Source of the DNA: Verrucomicrobiota bacterium
Lineage (GTDB): Bacteria; Verrucomicrobiota; Verrucomicrobiia; Limisphaerales; AAA164-E04
Length of the DNA: 64,000 nt
Assembly (NCBI GenBank): GCA_047947115.1
Contig: CP170459.1
Span: 2,528,001-2,592,000 of the forward strand
Reading direction: 5' to 3'
Of the stretch, positions 1 to 11,309 are shown piece after piece (positions within the stretch are counted from its first letter, which is position 1; each line of letters starts with the position of its first letter). A model generated the notes under the pieces. The model searched no databases. It saw only the letters and a program-made list of their open reading frames with translations, and was not told where the DNA came from. A program made the position numbers and the translations under genes.

Positions 1-1
1 A

Positions 2-1597
2 TTACAGACACAAGAGGTAGTTGACCAAATCCTCCTTTTCCTGCTTGGAGAGTTGAAGTTGCAAGATGAGGTTAAAGAATTCAACGGCGTCATGTAGAGT
101 GGGGAGACGTCCGTCATGCAGGTAAGGCGGGGTGTCTTTGATGCCGCGTAATGGGAAGGTCTTGATGGGGCCTTCAGGGCGTCCGACGTAGAAGCGTTCG
201 ACTTTCAGGTCGTGCATGTAATCGTCCACGAAGGCTGGGCCATAGTGACATTTGGAGCACATGGCTTTGCCGTGAAACAGGACCTCACCACGGCGTTCGG
301 ACTCGGATGAAAGTTCAGGGATGAACCGCATGAGTGGATCGAGTTTCGGAGTAGGGGGATAATCGAGTATGGCGTTGAAATCGCCCATACGGTTGGTCAC
401 TTCGCGTTTGACAGCTCGAGGGCCGATGGCTTGCTGCATGCCTGGATCTCCGTCAAAGTATTCTTCAACCTCCGAAAAATGATCCATGCTGCGAATGGAT
501 CGTTTGGAGGAAAGTTGCATGAGGTTGAAGTTCCCCCGCATGGTCGGCGTATCAACACGCAGTCGGGCCAGAATCGGACGGGCATCGGGGCCAAGTTCGA
601 ACGCTCCGCTGGTATGTCCGTTGACGTGGCAGTCAAAGCAGGCCACGCCCTTGGATGGCTTTTCAGTGACCCGATGGTCGGTGTGGTTGAACCAGGTGGT
701 CGGTGAAGGGCGCAGGAGTTCTTTGAGACCTTCCATTTGCTCTGGAGTGATCAAGCCATCGAAAATTTCAAAAAAATTATCAAGTGTGACTTCGCGGCCG
801 TTGGTGACGTCGCCCAATTCCCTGTGAGTGGACAGGTACATCGGTGGTGGGAACTCGGGAAGATACGCCTCCGGGATGTCCATGTCCACATCCATGCGTT
901 CGTGTTCGGGATGAACTTTGATCCATGATCTGGGAAAGACCATGTGAGCGGTTGATTGGAGGGGGTGGGCCAACGGTTTGTAGGGAAATAAATCCCGATC
1001 CTTTATTTCCGACGGCGTCAGTTCGGCCATGGTTTCGTAGGAGGAAATGTCGGCCGCCAGTCTGGCCACAGGTCCCTTCATGATGGGTTTGCCTCCGGAC
1101 ATGAACTGACCTTCGATGGGCTCCTCTGTGAAGGAGAAACGTTCATTCATGTAAGCATGCACATCCCGCATCAATCCGGGTTTTTGCTTTCGGTGGAACT
1201 CAATCCATTGATCGAATCGCATGGGTAGCACGGGTGATGCAAAGGAGGAAACCCCGCGTCCGTAATAGCGCCATAAATCGAATGGAGTGCGCATGCCTTT
1301 TTGGATGGCCGGGTAAATCTGCAGTCCGTCCAACCGGGGCCCCGTGGCTTCCTGGATCTGTCGCGGGGAAGGAGCCGGCGCGAAATGGATCTCATCCGTC
1401 GAAGTCGTGTTCCGCGCGTCCTGGCCGGGGTTCGTCGCCTGGTTTGTGATTTCCTGAGAGTTGGATTGAGTCTGCCGCCGGGTGGAAGGAACCCGGCTAA
1501 GGTCACTGCCGTGATACAACTGGTAAGTGGAATAAACACCGAAGGCGATTCCAATGATGCCCAGCATGCCAATGATGCGTGCAGTTTTCTCATTCAT
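2..1597 (-). CDS. Membrane-anchored di-heme cytochrome c, CcP/MauG superfamily-like
   Basis: 531 aa; N-terminal TM helix; two CxxCH motifs (CFDCH, CSKCH); C-terminal KTFPLRGIKDTPPYLHDGR resembles the CcP/MauG P-LR...PY-HDG motif. Confidence 0.75.
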   Translation of the reverse strand: MNEKTARIIGMLGIIGIAFGVYSTYQLYHGSDLSRVPSTRRQTQSNSQEITNQATNPGQDARNTTSTDEIHFAPAPSPRQIQEATGPRLDGLQIYPAIQKGMRTPFDLWRYYGRGVSSFASPVLPMRFDQWIEFHRKQKPGLMRDVHAYMNERFSFTEEPIEGQFMSGGKPIMKGPVARLAADISSYETMAELTPSEIKDRDLFPYKPLAHPLQSTAHMVFPRSWIKVHPEHERMDVDMDIPEAYLPEFPPPMYLSTHRELGDVTNGREVTLDNFFEIFDGLITPEQMEGLKELLRPSPTTWFNHTDHRVTEKPSKGVACFDCHVNGHTSGAFELGPDARPILARLRVDTPTMRGNFNLMQLSSKRSIRSMDHFSEVEEYFDGDPGMQQAIGPRAVKREVTNRMGDFNAILDYPPTPKLDPLMRFIPELSSESERRGEVLFHGKAMCSKCHYGPAFVDDYMHDLKVERFYVGRPEGPIKTFPLRGIKDTPPYLHDGRLPTLHDAVEFFNLILQLQLSKQEKEDLVNYLLCL

Positions 1598-2112
1598 GGT
1601 TTGGACTGGCTGTTGGTTTGATCGACCAATGCAGCGCTTGGAATTCTTTTAGGTTTTCGGATTACGGGCAGGAGAATGGCCCATCCTGCCGCAAGAAAGA
1701 CCAGGTTTTTTATAATATATTGCCCCTCGATGGTAGGCGCGAAAGGGGCGTATTTAAAGGTCAATTCGGGCAGGAAAAACAGCGGTAAAAACGTTCCGGC
1801 CATGTGGGCAAAGAACAGAATGGAGACCCACCGCAGGCAAATGTTCAGGATGAACCCGATCCCGATCAACACTTCCATCACTGCCAGACTTCTCAGGGCC
1901 AGATCCGCTCCCATTTGATAACCGGACATGCGCATGATGGTTTGACTGCCCAGTAATTCGGCAGGGCTCAGGTCCGGGAACAGTTTCAGGAAACCGAACA
2001 GGAAATAAACCAACCCCAATGACAAGCGCAAAAGCAGCAGATCAGAAGCGTAGGCTTCCTGCGAAATGGCTGGTTCACTTTGAACCGTTTTACTTGCGCT
2101 TGACGAGGACAT
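1594..2112 (-). CDS. DoxX-family membrane protein
   Basis: About 4 TM helices; LRLSLGLVYFLFGFLK start and EGQYIIKN motif; 4-nt overlap with the downstream di-heme gene. Confidence 0.75.
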   Translation of the reverse strand: MSSSSASKTVQSEPAISQEAYASDLLLLRLSLGLVYFLFGFLKLFPDLSPAELLGSQTIMRMSGYQMGADLALRSLAVMEVLIGIGFILNICLRWVSILFFAHMAGTFLPLFFLPELTFKYAPFAPTIEGQYIIKNLVFLAAGWAILLPVIRKPKRIPSAALVDQTNSQSKP

Positions 2113-2169
2113 GATTTCGTCCGGGGTTTTAATGATTCGCTTGCAGGCATCAGACTGCTTTTCAAACGA

Positions 2170-3603
2170 CTAAGAAATGATTTCTTTCAACACGCTCCCA
2201 TGAACATCCGTCAAACGGACATTTCTCCCCGCGTACAGGTAAGTATGTTCCTCGTGGTTAATGCCCAGTTGGTGGAGTACGGTTGCCCAGAGGTCGTAGA
2301 CATCGCAGGGTTTGTCGGTGACGTGATAACCGAATTCGTCGGTGGCGCCATAGACGGATCCACCCCTGAAACCGCCACCCGCCAACCAGACGCTGAATCC
2401 GAAAGGATTGTGATCGCGACCATTGCTCCCTTGAGAAAAGGGTGTCCGGCCAAATTCGCCGGCGAAGATGACGATGGTTTCATCGAGCAATCCGCGGCGT
2501 TTTAGATCCACCAACATGGCGGCAATGGGTTGGTCCACCTGATGCCCCATGGCTCCATGACCGCGTTCCAGGTCGCCGTGTTGATCCCACGGGTTCGCCG
2601 CGCCGCCAGCTCCGATGTTTTCCGTCAGGCAACTCAATTCCACAAACCGAACCCCCCGTTCCACCAGGCGGCGAGCCATCAGGCATTGCAGGGCGTAGGC
2701 CGCTTTTTGTGGATGTGGGTCGTCCACTCCATAAAGTTTTTTGGTTGCTTCGGTTTCGCCTTTCAAATCCACCAGCTCCGGCACGGCGGTTTGCATGCGG
2801 TAAGCCGTTTCGTAGTTGCGGATGGCGGCCTCGACTTGAGTGGAATGATTCGATTGTTTCAGGAATGTTTGATCCAGGCTTTCAATGAAGCTCAATCGTG
2901 TCTGCTGTTGTTGATCAATTTCCCTGGGCACGATGTTGGCGACCGCTTCCCTGGCGTCCACTTTCAGAATGGAAGCCTGATGATGCGCCGGAAGAAATCC
3001 GTTGCTGAACAAACCGACCCCGCCATGAGGGGGAACCGCACCGCCGCTTTGCAGGACCACGTAACCCGGCATGTTGTGATTTAGATTGCCCAGACCGTAA
3101 TTGATCCAGGCCCCTGCGCTGGGGTGTCCGATGAAAGGGAATCCGGTATGGAAAGCGAAGTTGCCCTGGGCATGTTCGTTGAGCTTGGTGGTCATGGAGC
3201 GGATGACGGTCAGGTCGTCCGCACACCAATCCTGGAGCCTTGGAAACATGGAGCTGATATCAATCCCGCTTTGACCGCAACGTTTGAACTCGAAAGGGCA
3301 GGGGAAGATGTTCCCATTGTTGTTGAACTGGGTGCGTTCGATATTGACCGGCATGGGTTTGCCTGCCAGGGATTTCAATTTCGGTTTGGGATCAAATGTG
3401 TCGATGTGGGAAAATCCTCCCGACATGTAGCAGAGAATGACATTCTTAGCTTTGCCCTTGTAGTGTGGTACCGGCCCCGAAGGAACCGCGTTCAGGGATT
3501 GCGATCGCAGGGCTGAAAAAGCCATGAGGCCGAAGCCCGAGGAGCACTTTGCCAACATGCTGCGGCGTGAGATCATGGGGTTGGGTAATGGTTTATTGGA
3601 CAT
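2170..3603 (-). CDS. DUF1501 domain protein with Tat signal
   Basis: SRRSML twin-arginine motif; [24 protein letters not shown] and GRDHNP motifs typical of PVC DUF1501 proteins. Confidence 0.9.
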   Translation of the reverse strand: MSNKPLPNPMISRRSMLAKCSSGFGLMAFSALRSQSLNAVPSGPVPHYKGKAKNVILCYMSGGFSHIDTFDPKPKLKSLAGKPMPVNIERTQFNNNGNIFPCPFEFKRCGQSGIDISSMFPRLQDWCADDLTVIRSMTTKLNEHAQGNFAFHTGFPFIGHPSAGAWINYGLGNLNHNMPGYVVLQSGGAVPPHGGVGLFSNGFLPAHHQASILKVDAREAVANIVPREIDQQQQTRLSFIESLDQTFLKQSNHSTQVEAAIRNYETAYRMQTAVPELVDLKGETEATKKLYGVDDPHPQKAAYALQCLMARRLVERGVRFVELSCLTENIGAGGAANPWDQHGDLERGHGAMGHQVDQPIAAMLVDLKRRGLLDETIVIFAGEFGRTPFSQGSNGRDHNPFGFSVWLAGGGFRGGSVYGATDEFGYHVTDKPCDVYDLWATVLHQLGINHEEHTYLYAGRNVRLTDVHGSVLKEIIS

Positions 3604-6600
3604 AGATGAACTCCTTCAAATTGAAAATGGCATGTGCCAGGTCAGCCCATGCATGGCTCAAACCCTGCTTGCTCTGGATGCTTTCCAGTGCTGCTTTGGT
3701 TGTGTTGATTTGGGATAACCAGTTGTTCCGTTTGGATAATTCCTCTTCATTTAAAGCCGCCAGCAGGTCCTTCTGGGAAACAAAATGAGGATCGCCATTG
3801 AATGAAGCTTTGATTTCTTCAGAAGACAAGGCTCTGTCATAAAACCGGGCTTTGGCGATCTGACCTCTCAACAAGCGATTGCCGCCAGGGGAACCATGGC
3901 GGTTTCCCAAAAGCAATTGAGCGTTGCCGGCCGAAAACGTGACCGGTCCGTCGCTTCGGTATGGCTTGCCGTATTGCGTTCCGTTTCGGTAGGCCGTGAT
4001 CGTTCCGTCAACCTGGTACGTCAGCGCAATGTGCACCCATTCCTGGTGAGCGGTATGCTCATTCTCGCCATGCAGATTCTGGGTGCGCGCAAAGACGTTG
4101 CTTCCTGCCAGCCATTTTCTGGATGTTTGTTCGCCGTAGACAATCGCATCGAACGTTGAGCCTGAAGTATCCTGCAGGGACATCACCCCGCCGCCGCGTT
4201 GATCAAGGTCGTCCAGTTGCACCCAGGCTTCGAGCGTCTTTTCTTTGATGTCTTTTTGAAATGCTTTTGATCGGGCGTAACTTCCTTTTCCGTTTAATTT
4301 CAACGCACCTCCTTCCAACCGGGCCTCCCCCAGCAACTCCAGATCTAGACCGCCGATCTCATCCTTCAATCCGCTCGAAAAATTCCAACTGGCAAAGGGG
4401 GCGGGGCCTGGGGCAGCAGTTTTCAGAGTGTCCTGATCTCGCCCTTCCAGGACTCGGTTTCTTGCCGTTTCCTCCAATTGGACCAAGGCCGCCTCGGTTT
4501 CCTTAACTTGATCGCTCAGCGCGTTTATTTGTCGGGTGGTATCCTGTTTCAGATCGTGCATGGCGGCCAGAAATTGTTCCGCACGGATGGTTTCGCTGAG
4601 ATTTGGATAGCGCCCCAAGGCTTTCAGGAACAGGGATTGGATTTCGTTTCGATGGGTTCCTTTAACTGAAGGATCTATCTGAGCCAAACCTGAAACCCAT
4701 TTTTCGGCGCAATCAATAACAAACCGATCATTCAACATGCTCAAGGATTGGCCGGGCACGTTGGTGGCATCACGACGACCTCGCGTGCTGGCGGGTACCG
4801 GCGCGTCGAACAAGGTGAGAAAGGGGTCCAGATCGTTTCGCTTGACCCGGACGTAAACACTGCGCCTGGGGGAGTTGCCGTTGACCGGGGAACCATACTG
4901 GGTGTCCCGATCCAATTTGCCGGACACGGCGAGCAGACTGTCCCGAATCGCTTCTGCTTCCAATCTGCGAACGGAAAAATGCGACCATAGCTGATTGTCA
5001 GGATCCCTGGCTGCTGCCAGATCCGATGTGTCGCTGGAGCGTTTCCAGGTTTCCGAGGTGACCAGAAACCGGATCATGTTCTTGATCGACCATCCGTTGT
5101 TTTTGAAATGTGCAGCCAGAAAATCCAGTAGTTCCGGGTGAGTTGGTGGAAGGCCAAGTTTGCCGAAATTATCCGGTGTGGCGACGATGCCTTTCCCGAA
5201 GAGGTGATGCCAGATGCGGTTGACGATCACTCGCGAGGTCAGAGGGTTGTCATCACGCAGCATGTCCTGGGCTAACTCCAGACGACCGCTCGATTTAGTT
5301 TGATAAGGTTCGTCATCCAGAAATTCCAGGAATCGTCGAGGCACCACATCCAATGGCTTCTTGTGGTCTCCCCGATCAAACAGGACCTGGTCGAAACCTT
5401 CCGTTTCGAATTGGCCCGGAGAACGCATGGGCGTGGCTAAATGTTTTTCAAATCGGCGCCATTCTTCCAACATTTTGGCAATCGAAGTTCCTTCCTGAGC
5501 CTGGTTGGTAAGAATCTTTGATTTCAATATCGCATCCAGAAAAACCGCCTGGGCATCCGTGAGGTGTTTGTTTTTCCATGCAGTCAATGATTCGAAGATC
5601 GACTTTCGGTAAATGGCCAGGAGTTCACTTTGGCTTTCTGGTAATTCATCCTTTGTCTCTGCCAGAACCGGTCGGAATATTTCAGCTTCCACCTGGTTGT
5701 TGAAAGGAGAGTTCGAGGGGACGATGACGGCGTTTCGGATTCCGAACCAGGAACGCGTTTGGTCAAGCCTGGCAAGCACGGGTTGATCGGCCGCGGTGGT
5801 GATTTCGATGTGGATTTGATCTCCCTTCCAGTAATCGAGCGGAAACTTCCTCCAATGCCAGCGTGATCCATTCATGCGTTCCACCGGATAAACCGTTCCG
5901 TCACGCGGGTAGTTTTGAACCGCATAGCGCGCCATGGCATTTCCGTCCCCGTTGACCAACAGCCAGAGGTCGTAAGGTTGATCGAGTTGGATTCTGGGTG
6001 AATGCAACAAGCCTCGATCCTTGGTGGACACCAAATGAGAATAGGTGCCGGAAGGAAGTATATTTTGGACAATGGATTCTCCTTCGGTAGACAAGGCCCA
6101 GGTTCCGGAATGAGCAGGTCGTGTTGCTGACGGACCCTCTGCAAACCATTTTGAGGCATCCGAAGGATCTGCAAGATTCCAGTCATGAACACGCTTGAAT
6201 GTTTCTGCTCCGTTGGCTTGTTCCCGCAGTGCTTTCCATGCTTCCAGGACTTCCTTGCGATCGGTCTCAATGGCGGACAATGGCCATAGCACATCGCCTT
6301 TTTTGGATTGCTTCAGCGCTTCCAACAACACGTTTGAATCTGGATTCAGGTGCTCCGTCTCGATCATCCATGTCGCAATGATTTCCTCCTTGATGGATGC
6401 CTTCAGCGCTTTCATTTTAACGCGTAAATCCGCTTCCGAAGTGGGGGGGACGTTTACTTGAATCATGGTAGGCCGTCCGGAGGCCATGATTCCGTACCAT
6501 GCGTAGAAATCCTTTTGACTGATGGGTTCGAATTTGTGGTCGTGACACCGAGCACAGGAAACCGTGATGCCTTGAAAGGCTTTGGAGACGACGTTGATCT

Positions 6601-7654
6601 GATCGTCGGTGAAACGTACTTGCTCATCCAGCGCATCGGTTGGAGCAAAACCATGGAAGACCATGCGCAATTGCGCGGTTCCGATGGCCGATTCGTTGAG
6701 CCCGAGTTCCTCATTGATGCGCGGATGCGCCACTAAATCCCCTGCCAGATGTTCGAGAAGAAGCTGATCATAAGGTATGTCATTATTCAGGGCTCGAATC
6801 AGGTAATCACGATAAAGCCATGCATTCGGAATCATGGGATCCCCTTCGCTACCGTGAGATTCGGCGTAACGCACCCAATCCATCCAATGCCTTGCCCAAC
6901 GTTCACCAAACTGGGGGGAACTTAAGAATGTATCCACCCAATCCACGTAGGCGTTGGGGCTTTGATCCGCCAAAAATGCTTCGATTTCCTCCGGACTGGG
7001 GGGGAGTCCCCGGAGAATCAGGCTCAAGCGCCGAATGAGTGTTTCTCCATTTGCTTCTTCTGAAGGCTCCAGTCCTGCTTCCTTTAATTTGTCTGCGATG
7101 AAGGCGTCCACTGGATGCATGTGCCGTGTGGCGTCGGGTGGGTAGGGGATGTCAACTGCCTTGATCGGTTGAAAACTCCACCATTGTTTCCGCCGTTCCA
7201 TGACGGCTTCCCAATTCGTATCCGTTTCCAACTCTTCTTCCGAAGGTGGATGGTCTCTTGGATCAACGGCTCCCTTGGCTATCCATGCCTCGAAATCAGC
7301 GATAACCGAGGCTTCCAGCTTTGCACCCGATTTCGGCATTTGTAAATCTTCAGAGGTCTGGTGGATGGCCTGTATCAGGAGACTGTCTGCCGGTTGGCCC
7401 GGAACGATGGCCGGCCCGGAGTCACCCCCCCGACGCAAGGCATCCCGATGATCGAGTGCCAGTCCACCTTTCTGAGGTCCTTTGGATCGATGGCACTCAT
7501 AACAATCCTGAGCAAGGATGGGGCGAATACGTGATTCAAAAAATTCAACCTCTGTTGTATCCTGTTCCGCCAGCAAAGGAGGCAAACCGGCGAGCAACAG
7601 ACCTAAGCTGCAGATCCATAATCGGATCGACTTCAATGTCAAAGTGTTTAACAT
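3593..7654 (-). CDS. Planctomycete cytochrome c / DUF1549 / DUF1553 protein with a LamG-like domain
   Basis: [45 protein letters not shown] and [10 protein letters not shown] motifs; C-terminal LamG-like segment (TLEAWV...WVHIALTY). Start placed at MLNTL (7654) because a promoter and signal peptide fit there; the ORF track starts at 7696. Confidence 0.9.
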   Translation of the reverse strand: MLNTLTLKSIRLWICSLGLLLAGLPPLLAEQDTTEVEFFESRIRPILAQDCYECHRSKGPQKGGLALDHRDALRRGGDSGPAIVPGQPADSLLIQAIHQTSEDLQMPKSGAKLEASVIADFEAWIAKGAVDPRDHPPSEEELETDTNWEAVMERRKQWWSFQPIKAVDIPYPPDATRHMHPVDAFIADKLKEAGLEPSEEANGETLIRRLSLILRGLPPSPEEIEAFLADQSPNAYVDWVDTFLSSPQFGERWARHWMDWVRYAESHGSEGDPMIPNAWLYRDYLIRALNNDIPYDQLLLEHLAGDLVAHPRINEELGLNESAIGTAQLRMVFHGFAPTDALDEQVRFTDDQINVVSKAFQGITVSCARCHDHKFEPISQKDFYAWYGIMASGRPTMIQVNVPPTSEADLRVKMKALKASIKEEIIATWMIETEHLNPDSNVLLEALKQSKKGDVLWPLSAIETDRKEVLEAWKALREQANGAETFKRVHDWNLADPSDASKWFAEGPSATRPAHSGTWALSTEGESIVQNILPSGTYSHLVSTKDRGLLHSPRIQLDQPYDLWLLVNGDGNAMARYAVQNYPRDGTVYPVERMNGSRWHWRKFPLDYWKGDQIHIEITTAADQPVLARLDQTRSWFGIRNAVIVPSNSPFNNQVEAEIFRPVLAETKDELPESQSELLAIYRKSIFESLTAWKNKHLTDAQAVFLDAILKSKILTNQAQEGTSIAKMLEEWRRFEKHLATPMRSPGQFETEGFDQVLFDRGDHKKPLDVVPRRFLEFLDDEPYQTKSSGRLELAQDMLRDDNPLTSRVIVNRIWHHLFGKGIVATPDNFGKLGLPPTHPELLDFLAAHFKNNGWSIKNMIRFLVTSETWKRSSDTSDLAAARDPDNQLWSHFSVRRLEAEAIRDSLLAVSGKLDRDTQYGSPVNGNSPRRSVYVRVKRNDLDPFLTLFDAPVPASTRGRRDATNVPGQSLSMLNDRFVIDCAEKWVSGLAQIDPSVKGTHRNEIQSLFLKALGRYPNLSETIRAEQFLAAMHDLKQDTTRQINALSDQVKETEAALVQLEETARNRVLEGRDQDTLKTAAPGPAPFASWNFSSGLKDEIGGLDLELLGEARLEGGALKLNGKGSYARSKAFQKDIKEKTLEAWVQLDDLDQRGGGVMSLQDTSGSTFDAIVYGEQTSRKWLAGSNVFARTQNLHGENEHTAHQEWVHIALTYQVDGTITAYRNGTQYGKPYRSDGPVTFSAGNAQLLLGNRHGSPGGNRLLRGQIAKARFYDRALSSEEIKASFNGDPHFVSQKDLLAALNEEELSKRNNWLSQINTTKAALESIQSKQGLSHAWADLAHAIFNLKEFIYVQ

Positions 7655-7667
7655 GGGATTCACGTTA

Positions 7668-7696
7668 ACCTTACCATGCATTCCGAAAGGCGGCAA
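7668..7696 (-). promoter_or_regulatory. Putative sigma70 promoter for the DUF1553-DUF1501-DoxX-di-heme cluster
   Basis: Minus strand TTGCCG-17 nt-TAAGGT with an extended TG, 13 nt upstream of ATG 7654. Confidence 0.45.
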
Positions 7697-7709
7697 TCTT
7701 TGAACACGC

Positions 7710-10700
7710 CTATACTTCGATTGTTTTGTTCAGCGACAGAAAGTGCAGCCATTTTCGAGTGACGGGGCGTTGGTAGATTCTCTGCAGAGCCCGGGCGTAG
7801 AGTTCCAGTTGCACTTGGTAATGGTTGAGGCGGGTTGACACAGCTTCCTCCTGGATGTTGTCGGTTTTGTAATCGAGGATCTGGATGGATTGTTCGTCCA
7901 GAATGCACAGGTCGACAATGCCTTGAACAATCACAAAATCATCTTCCGTCGATGCGGCATCCTCAGGAGAAAGACCGAGGGTAGCCAGCTCGCTGAGTTT
8001 GAATCGAGCGGTGAAGGGCATTTCTCTTTGAACCAGATCGATGTGGTTCAGGATGGTTCTGCCTGCGGTCTCTTGCCAAAAGTGATGAACCGCTTCGAGA
8101 TCCAGAGCTTCCTTTGCAACTGGATCCAGGTTGCCGGAAGCGATCATGTCTTCCCGTTGTTGTTCGAGGTGTTCCAGGGACATATCCGGCTGCAGGGCCA
8201 CCCACTGTAGGAAATGGTGGTGCAAGGTTCCGCGTTCGCTGGCGGAAAGTTTGCCGGGTGGCTGTGGTGAACGGTCCGTTGCTGCTTTGGCTTCCTGGAA
8301 AAACCAGGAGGCGGATTCGTCCGCGGTGCTTTCATCCCGGTGCCTCCGCAGCATGGTGACGGTGGCCTTGGCTGGGTGGTGCGTGGCGCCTTGGTGCGGG
8401 TAGCTCCAACTGGCCAGTTGCTGCCAATGTGGCAGTCGCTTGCCGGAGGTAGTGCTGCGATCGGTCTGATCCGACTGATCCGACCGATCCGACCGATCAT
8501 CCGCCAAGAGCACTTGCCACTGCATGTGCTTTGTCGTTCCGGTGGGTTCGCTCCACCACTCTGGGTGGTCGAGGTGTTGACAGAGCCAGGGGAACAGCCA
8601 GTCCATGGCGCATCGTGTGCTGGAGGGCGCGTCGGATGCGGTGTCACAAAGGAAGCGTTCGGTCCATTTTTGCATGCGGTTTTCGGAGGCGGTTCCCGCG
8701 AGAATCAGGTGGTCTCTGGCACGGGTGAAGGCCACGTAGAGCAGGCGCATTTCTTCTCGCAGGCTTTCCGCTTTTTGTTTGCGTCGTCCGATCCACAAGG
8801 GGAGGCTGGGGTATCGCGGTTTGGCTCCGGGTGGTTGGATCATTCCGGCTACTCCTAGGGATTCATCCAGCAACCATGTCTGTTGGATGTCCTGGAAATT
8901 GAATGTTCCGGCTAGTCCCGCCACCGCAACCACGGGAAATTCCAGACCTTTGCTTTTGTGGATACTCATCAGGCTGACCGCCTGCCCTTCTTCGCCTGCG
9001 CCCGGATCGAACTCGGCTTCGAGATTGCGTTTGTTCTCCAGATACTGGAGGAATCGGTTCAATCCCTGCTGCTGGTATTGATCAAACTGCCGTGCCAGTT
9101 GGATCAACTGCTTGACGTGTGTGATGGCTTCGAGGTGGTTCTCCGTGGATGCGAGATGTTCCAGATAAAAGGTGTCGTTGAGAATCGTCTCAAGCCGTCT
9201 GCTCAAATTCAAATGACGACCGCTTTGCCGCCAACGATGAAATCGTTCGAGGAATTGTTTGGATTTTTCTCTGGCGGATCTGGCGTGTGGATTGTCAGAG
9301 AGGTGGTCCGGCAGGATATTATCTGGGGATTCCCGAACAAATAGATGCAGTGCGCTCCAATAACTGCCTCGACGTGTTCCAATCCGAATCAGGGACAGTT
9401 CGTTGTCATTCAAAGCCACCAACGGTGATCGGAGCACGGCTATCAAGGGGATGTCCTGTCTCGGGTTGTCCAGCAAAGTGAGCAGGGATACCAGGTCGGT
9501 TATCTCGGTTCGTTCCAACATCCCGCTGCGGGGGACGGACAGGGGGACGCCCAGTTGACCGAACACGCGCGCATAGGTGTCCGCTCTCGACCGAACAGAT
9601 CGGATCAGGATGGCCATGTCTTTCCACTCAACCGGGCGGAAGGCGTCCCGATCATGATCATAGACCGGGTGTTGATCTTCTTTGAGTTGCAGCAAACGCA
9701 ACGCAATCATCCGCGCTTCCTGTTCTGTTTCGGTGATGGGGGCTTCGGCGTCGTCGGAGGATGCTTCGTCCGGTTTGACCGTCATGATCATCCGGCATTC
9801 CACCGAAGGAAGTTCCTGGTTTGCCAGCTTTGATCTGTTGTCGGGATCTCCGAATTGCAGGTGGGCATTTCTATCGTAGGCGATACCTTCTTCGTCGGCC
9901 CCCATCAAATGGGAAAAGAAGGCGTTGACGAAATTGAGAATACCCGGGCGACTTCGAAAGTTGTCCTGCAGGTACACCACCTGGCATGGTTCTGATTCTT
10001 TCGATGTCTGCCAGTCGCGTTCGTAATCGATAAAAAACCGTGGATTGGCCAGGCGAAATCCATAGATGCTCTGTTTCACGTCACCGACCAGGAAGCGGTT
10101 GGCTTGAGGGCCCTCTCCGGCGATGGCGGTCAGGATGCAGTCCTGTGCGGCGTTGATGTCCTGGTATTCGTCAACGTAAACTTGTTTGTATTGCTCATGG
10201 ATGCTCCGGGCGAGTTCGGTGGGGTGGCCTTCTTTGCGATCCCAAAGCAGGTCGAGCGTGAATTGTTCAAGATCGGAAAAATCCAGGCCGCCTCGTTCGC
10301 GTTTTTTGGAAGCGAATGTTGCGGTGAATTCCCGGGTCAATTCCAGCAGAACAAGGGTTCGGTTTCGGAACCATTTCCAGTCTTCTTCCAACGGATCATG
10401 CCCGCCTTCTTCATCCCGGCAAAGCGTGGCGAGGAAGGCCGCATCATCGAGCATGCGTTTGATCGGTTCCCGGTGCTTCGTCTTGCAGCGTGGAGGCCAG
10501 CATTCCTTTTGATCGCGATCAGCCACTGCGCGGATGGCTCGCTCAACAGCTTCGGTGGAGGGTGTTCCTTGCAGACAGGGAAGCATTCGTTCAAGGCACG
10601 CCTTGGCGTTGGTGTTCTCTTCGGGTAGAGATTGAAGCAAAGGAACCCATTGTTGCATCCAATCCAGCGATTCGTTCAGGAAACAGGTTCTCCATTGATC

Positions 10701-11309
10701 GGGCGTTTCCTGAACCAGCAGGCGAATTTGCTCATCGATCCAGAACAGCGGCGCCACCATGGCCTGGCTGAATCGATGAAGTTTGATGATCCATTCCCGC
10801 AGGCCCCGATCCCACCCGTTTTCAAATTCGGTGACGAAGCGTCGAACCGATTCATCGAGCAGTTCCTTGCCTTCGTAATGATGTTCGAGCAGTTCATCCA
10901 GTGTCTGTTCTTCCAGGAACGCAATTTCTTCCGGCTCCAACACGCGTGCCTGGGGATCCAGTTCCAGTGAGTGAAAGTGTTGGCGGATGAGATTGAAGCA
11001 AAACGAGTGCAGGGTGCCGATGGATGCCGCGTCGATGTGCGCCAGTTTTTCCTGGAGATCGTGGTTTTGCGGGTCATTCAATAAAGCTTCTTCCAGCCGT
11101 TGAGCGATGCGTCCCCGCATCTCGCTGGCAGCAGCTTCGGTGAAGGTAACCATCAGGATTTCCAATAAAGAAACACTATCGTCTGAATCCAACAACTGCC
11201 GCATGCATCGGTCGATGAGCGTGCGCGTCTTTCCCGTTCCGGCACCGGCTACGACCAGAACGTTTCCTTTTGCCTCAATGGCTCGTTGTTGAGCTGCGGT
11301 GTGTTTCAT
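7710..11309 (-). CDS. addA: ATP-dependent helicase/nuclease subunit A (AddA)
   Basis: UvrD motifs AGAGTGKT, VDEYQD, GDVKQSIY, SIHKSKGLEF and YVAFTRAR; C-terminal RecB-type nuclease QGIVDL...LDYKTD; overlaps addB by 4 nt. Confidence 0.93.
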   Translation of the reverse strand: MKHTAAQQRAIEAKGNVLVVAGAGTGKTRTLIDRCMRQLLDSDDSVSLLEILMVTFTEAAASEMRGRIAQRLEEALLNDPQNHDLQEKLAHIDAASIGTLHSFCFNLIRQHFHSLELDPQARVLEPEEIAFLEEQTLDELLEHHYEGKELLDESVRRFVTEFENGWDRGLREWIIKLHRFSQAMVAPLFWIDEQIRLLVQETPDQWRTCFLNESLDWMQQWVPLLQSLPEENTNAKACLERMLPCLQGTPSTEAVERAIRAVADRDQKECWPPRCKTKHREPIKRMLDDAAFLATLCRDEEGGHDPLEEDWKWFRNRTLVLLELTREFTATFASKKRERGGLDFSDLEQFTLDLLWDRKEGHPTELARSIHEQYKQVYVDEYQDINAAQDCILTAIAGEGPQANRFLVGDVKQSIYGFRLANPRFFIDYERDWQTSKESEPCQVVYLQDNFRSRPGILNFVNAFFSHLMGADEEGIAYDRNAHLQFGDPDNRSKLANQELPSVECRMIMTVKPDEASSDDAEAPITETEQEARMIALRLLQLKEDQHPVYDHDRDAFRPVEWKDMAILIRSVRSRADTYARVFGQLGVPLSVPRSGMLERTEITDLVSLLTLLDNPRQDIPLIAVLRSPLVALNDNELSLIRIGTRRGSYWSALHLFVRESPDNILPDHLSDNPHARSAREKSKQFLERFHRWRQSGRHLNLSRRLETILNDTFYLEHLASTENHLEAITHVKQLIQLARQFDQYQQQGLNRFLQYLENKRNLEAEFDPGAGEEGQAVSLMSIHKSKGLEFPVVAVAGLAGTFNFQDIQQTWLLDESLGVAGMIQPPGAKPRYPSLPLWIGRRKQKAESLREEMRLLYVAFTRARDHLILAGTASENRMQKWTERFLCDTASDAPSSTRCAMDWLFPWLCQHLDHPEWWSEPTGTTKHMQWQVLLADDRSDRSDQSDQTDRSTTSGKRLPHWQQLASWSYPHQGATHHPAKATVTMLRRHRDESTADESASWFFQEAKAATDRSPQPPGKLSASERGTLHHHFLQWVALQPDMSLEHLEQQREDMIASGNLDPVAKEALDLEAVHHFWQETAGRTILNHIDLVQREMPFTARFKLSELATLGLSPEDAASTEDDFVIVQGIVDLCILDEQSIQILDYKTDNIQEEAVSTRLNHYQVQLELYARALQRIYQRPVTRKWLHFLSLNKTIEV
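8459..8503. repeat. In-frame 9-bp tandem repeat (GATCCGACC-like, about 5 units) inside addA
   Basis: gatcggtct gatccgact gatccgacc gatccgacc gatcatccg; encodes DRSDRSDQSDQTDRS. Confidence 0.75.
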
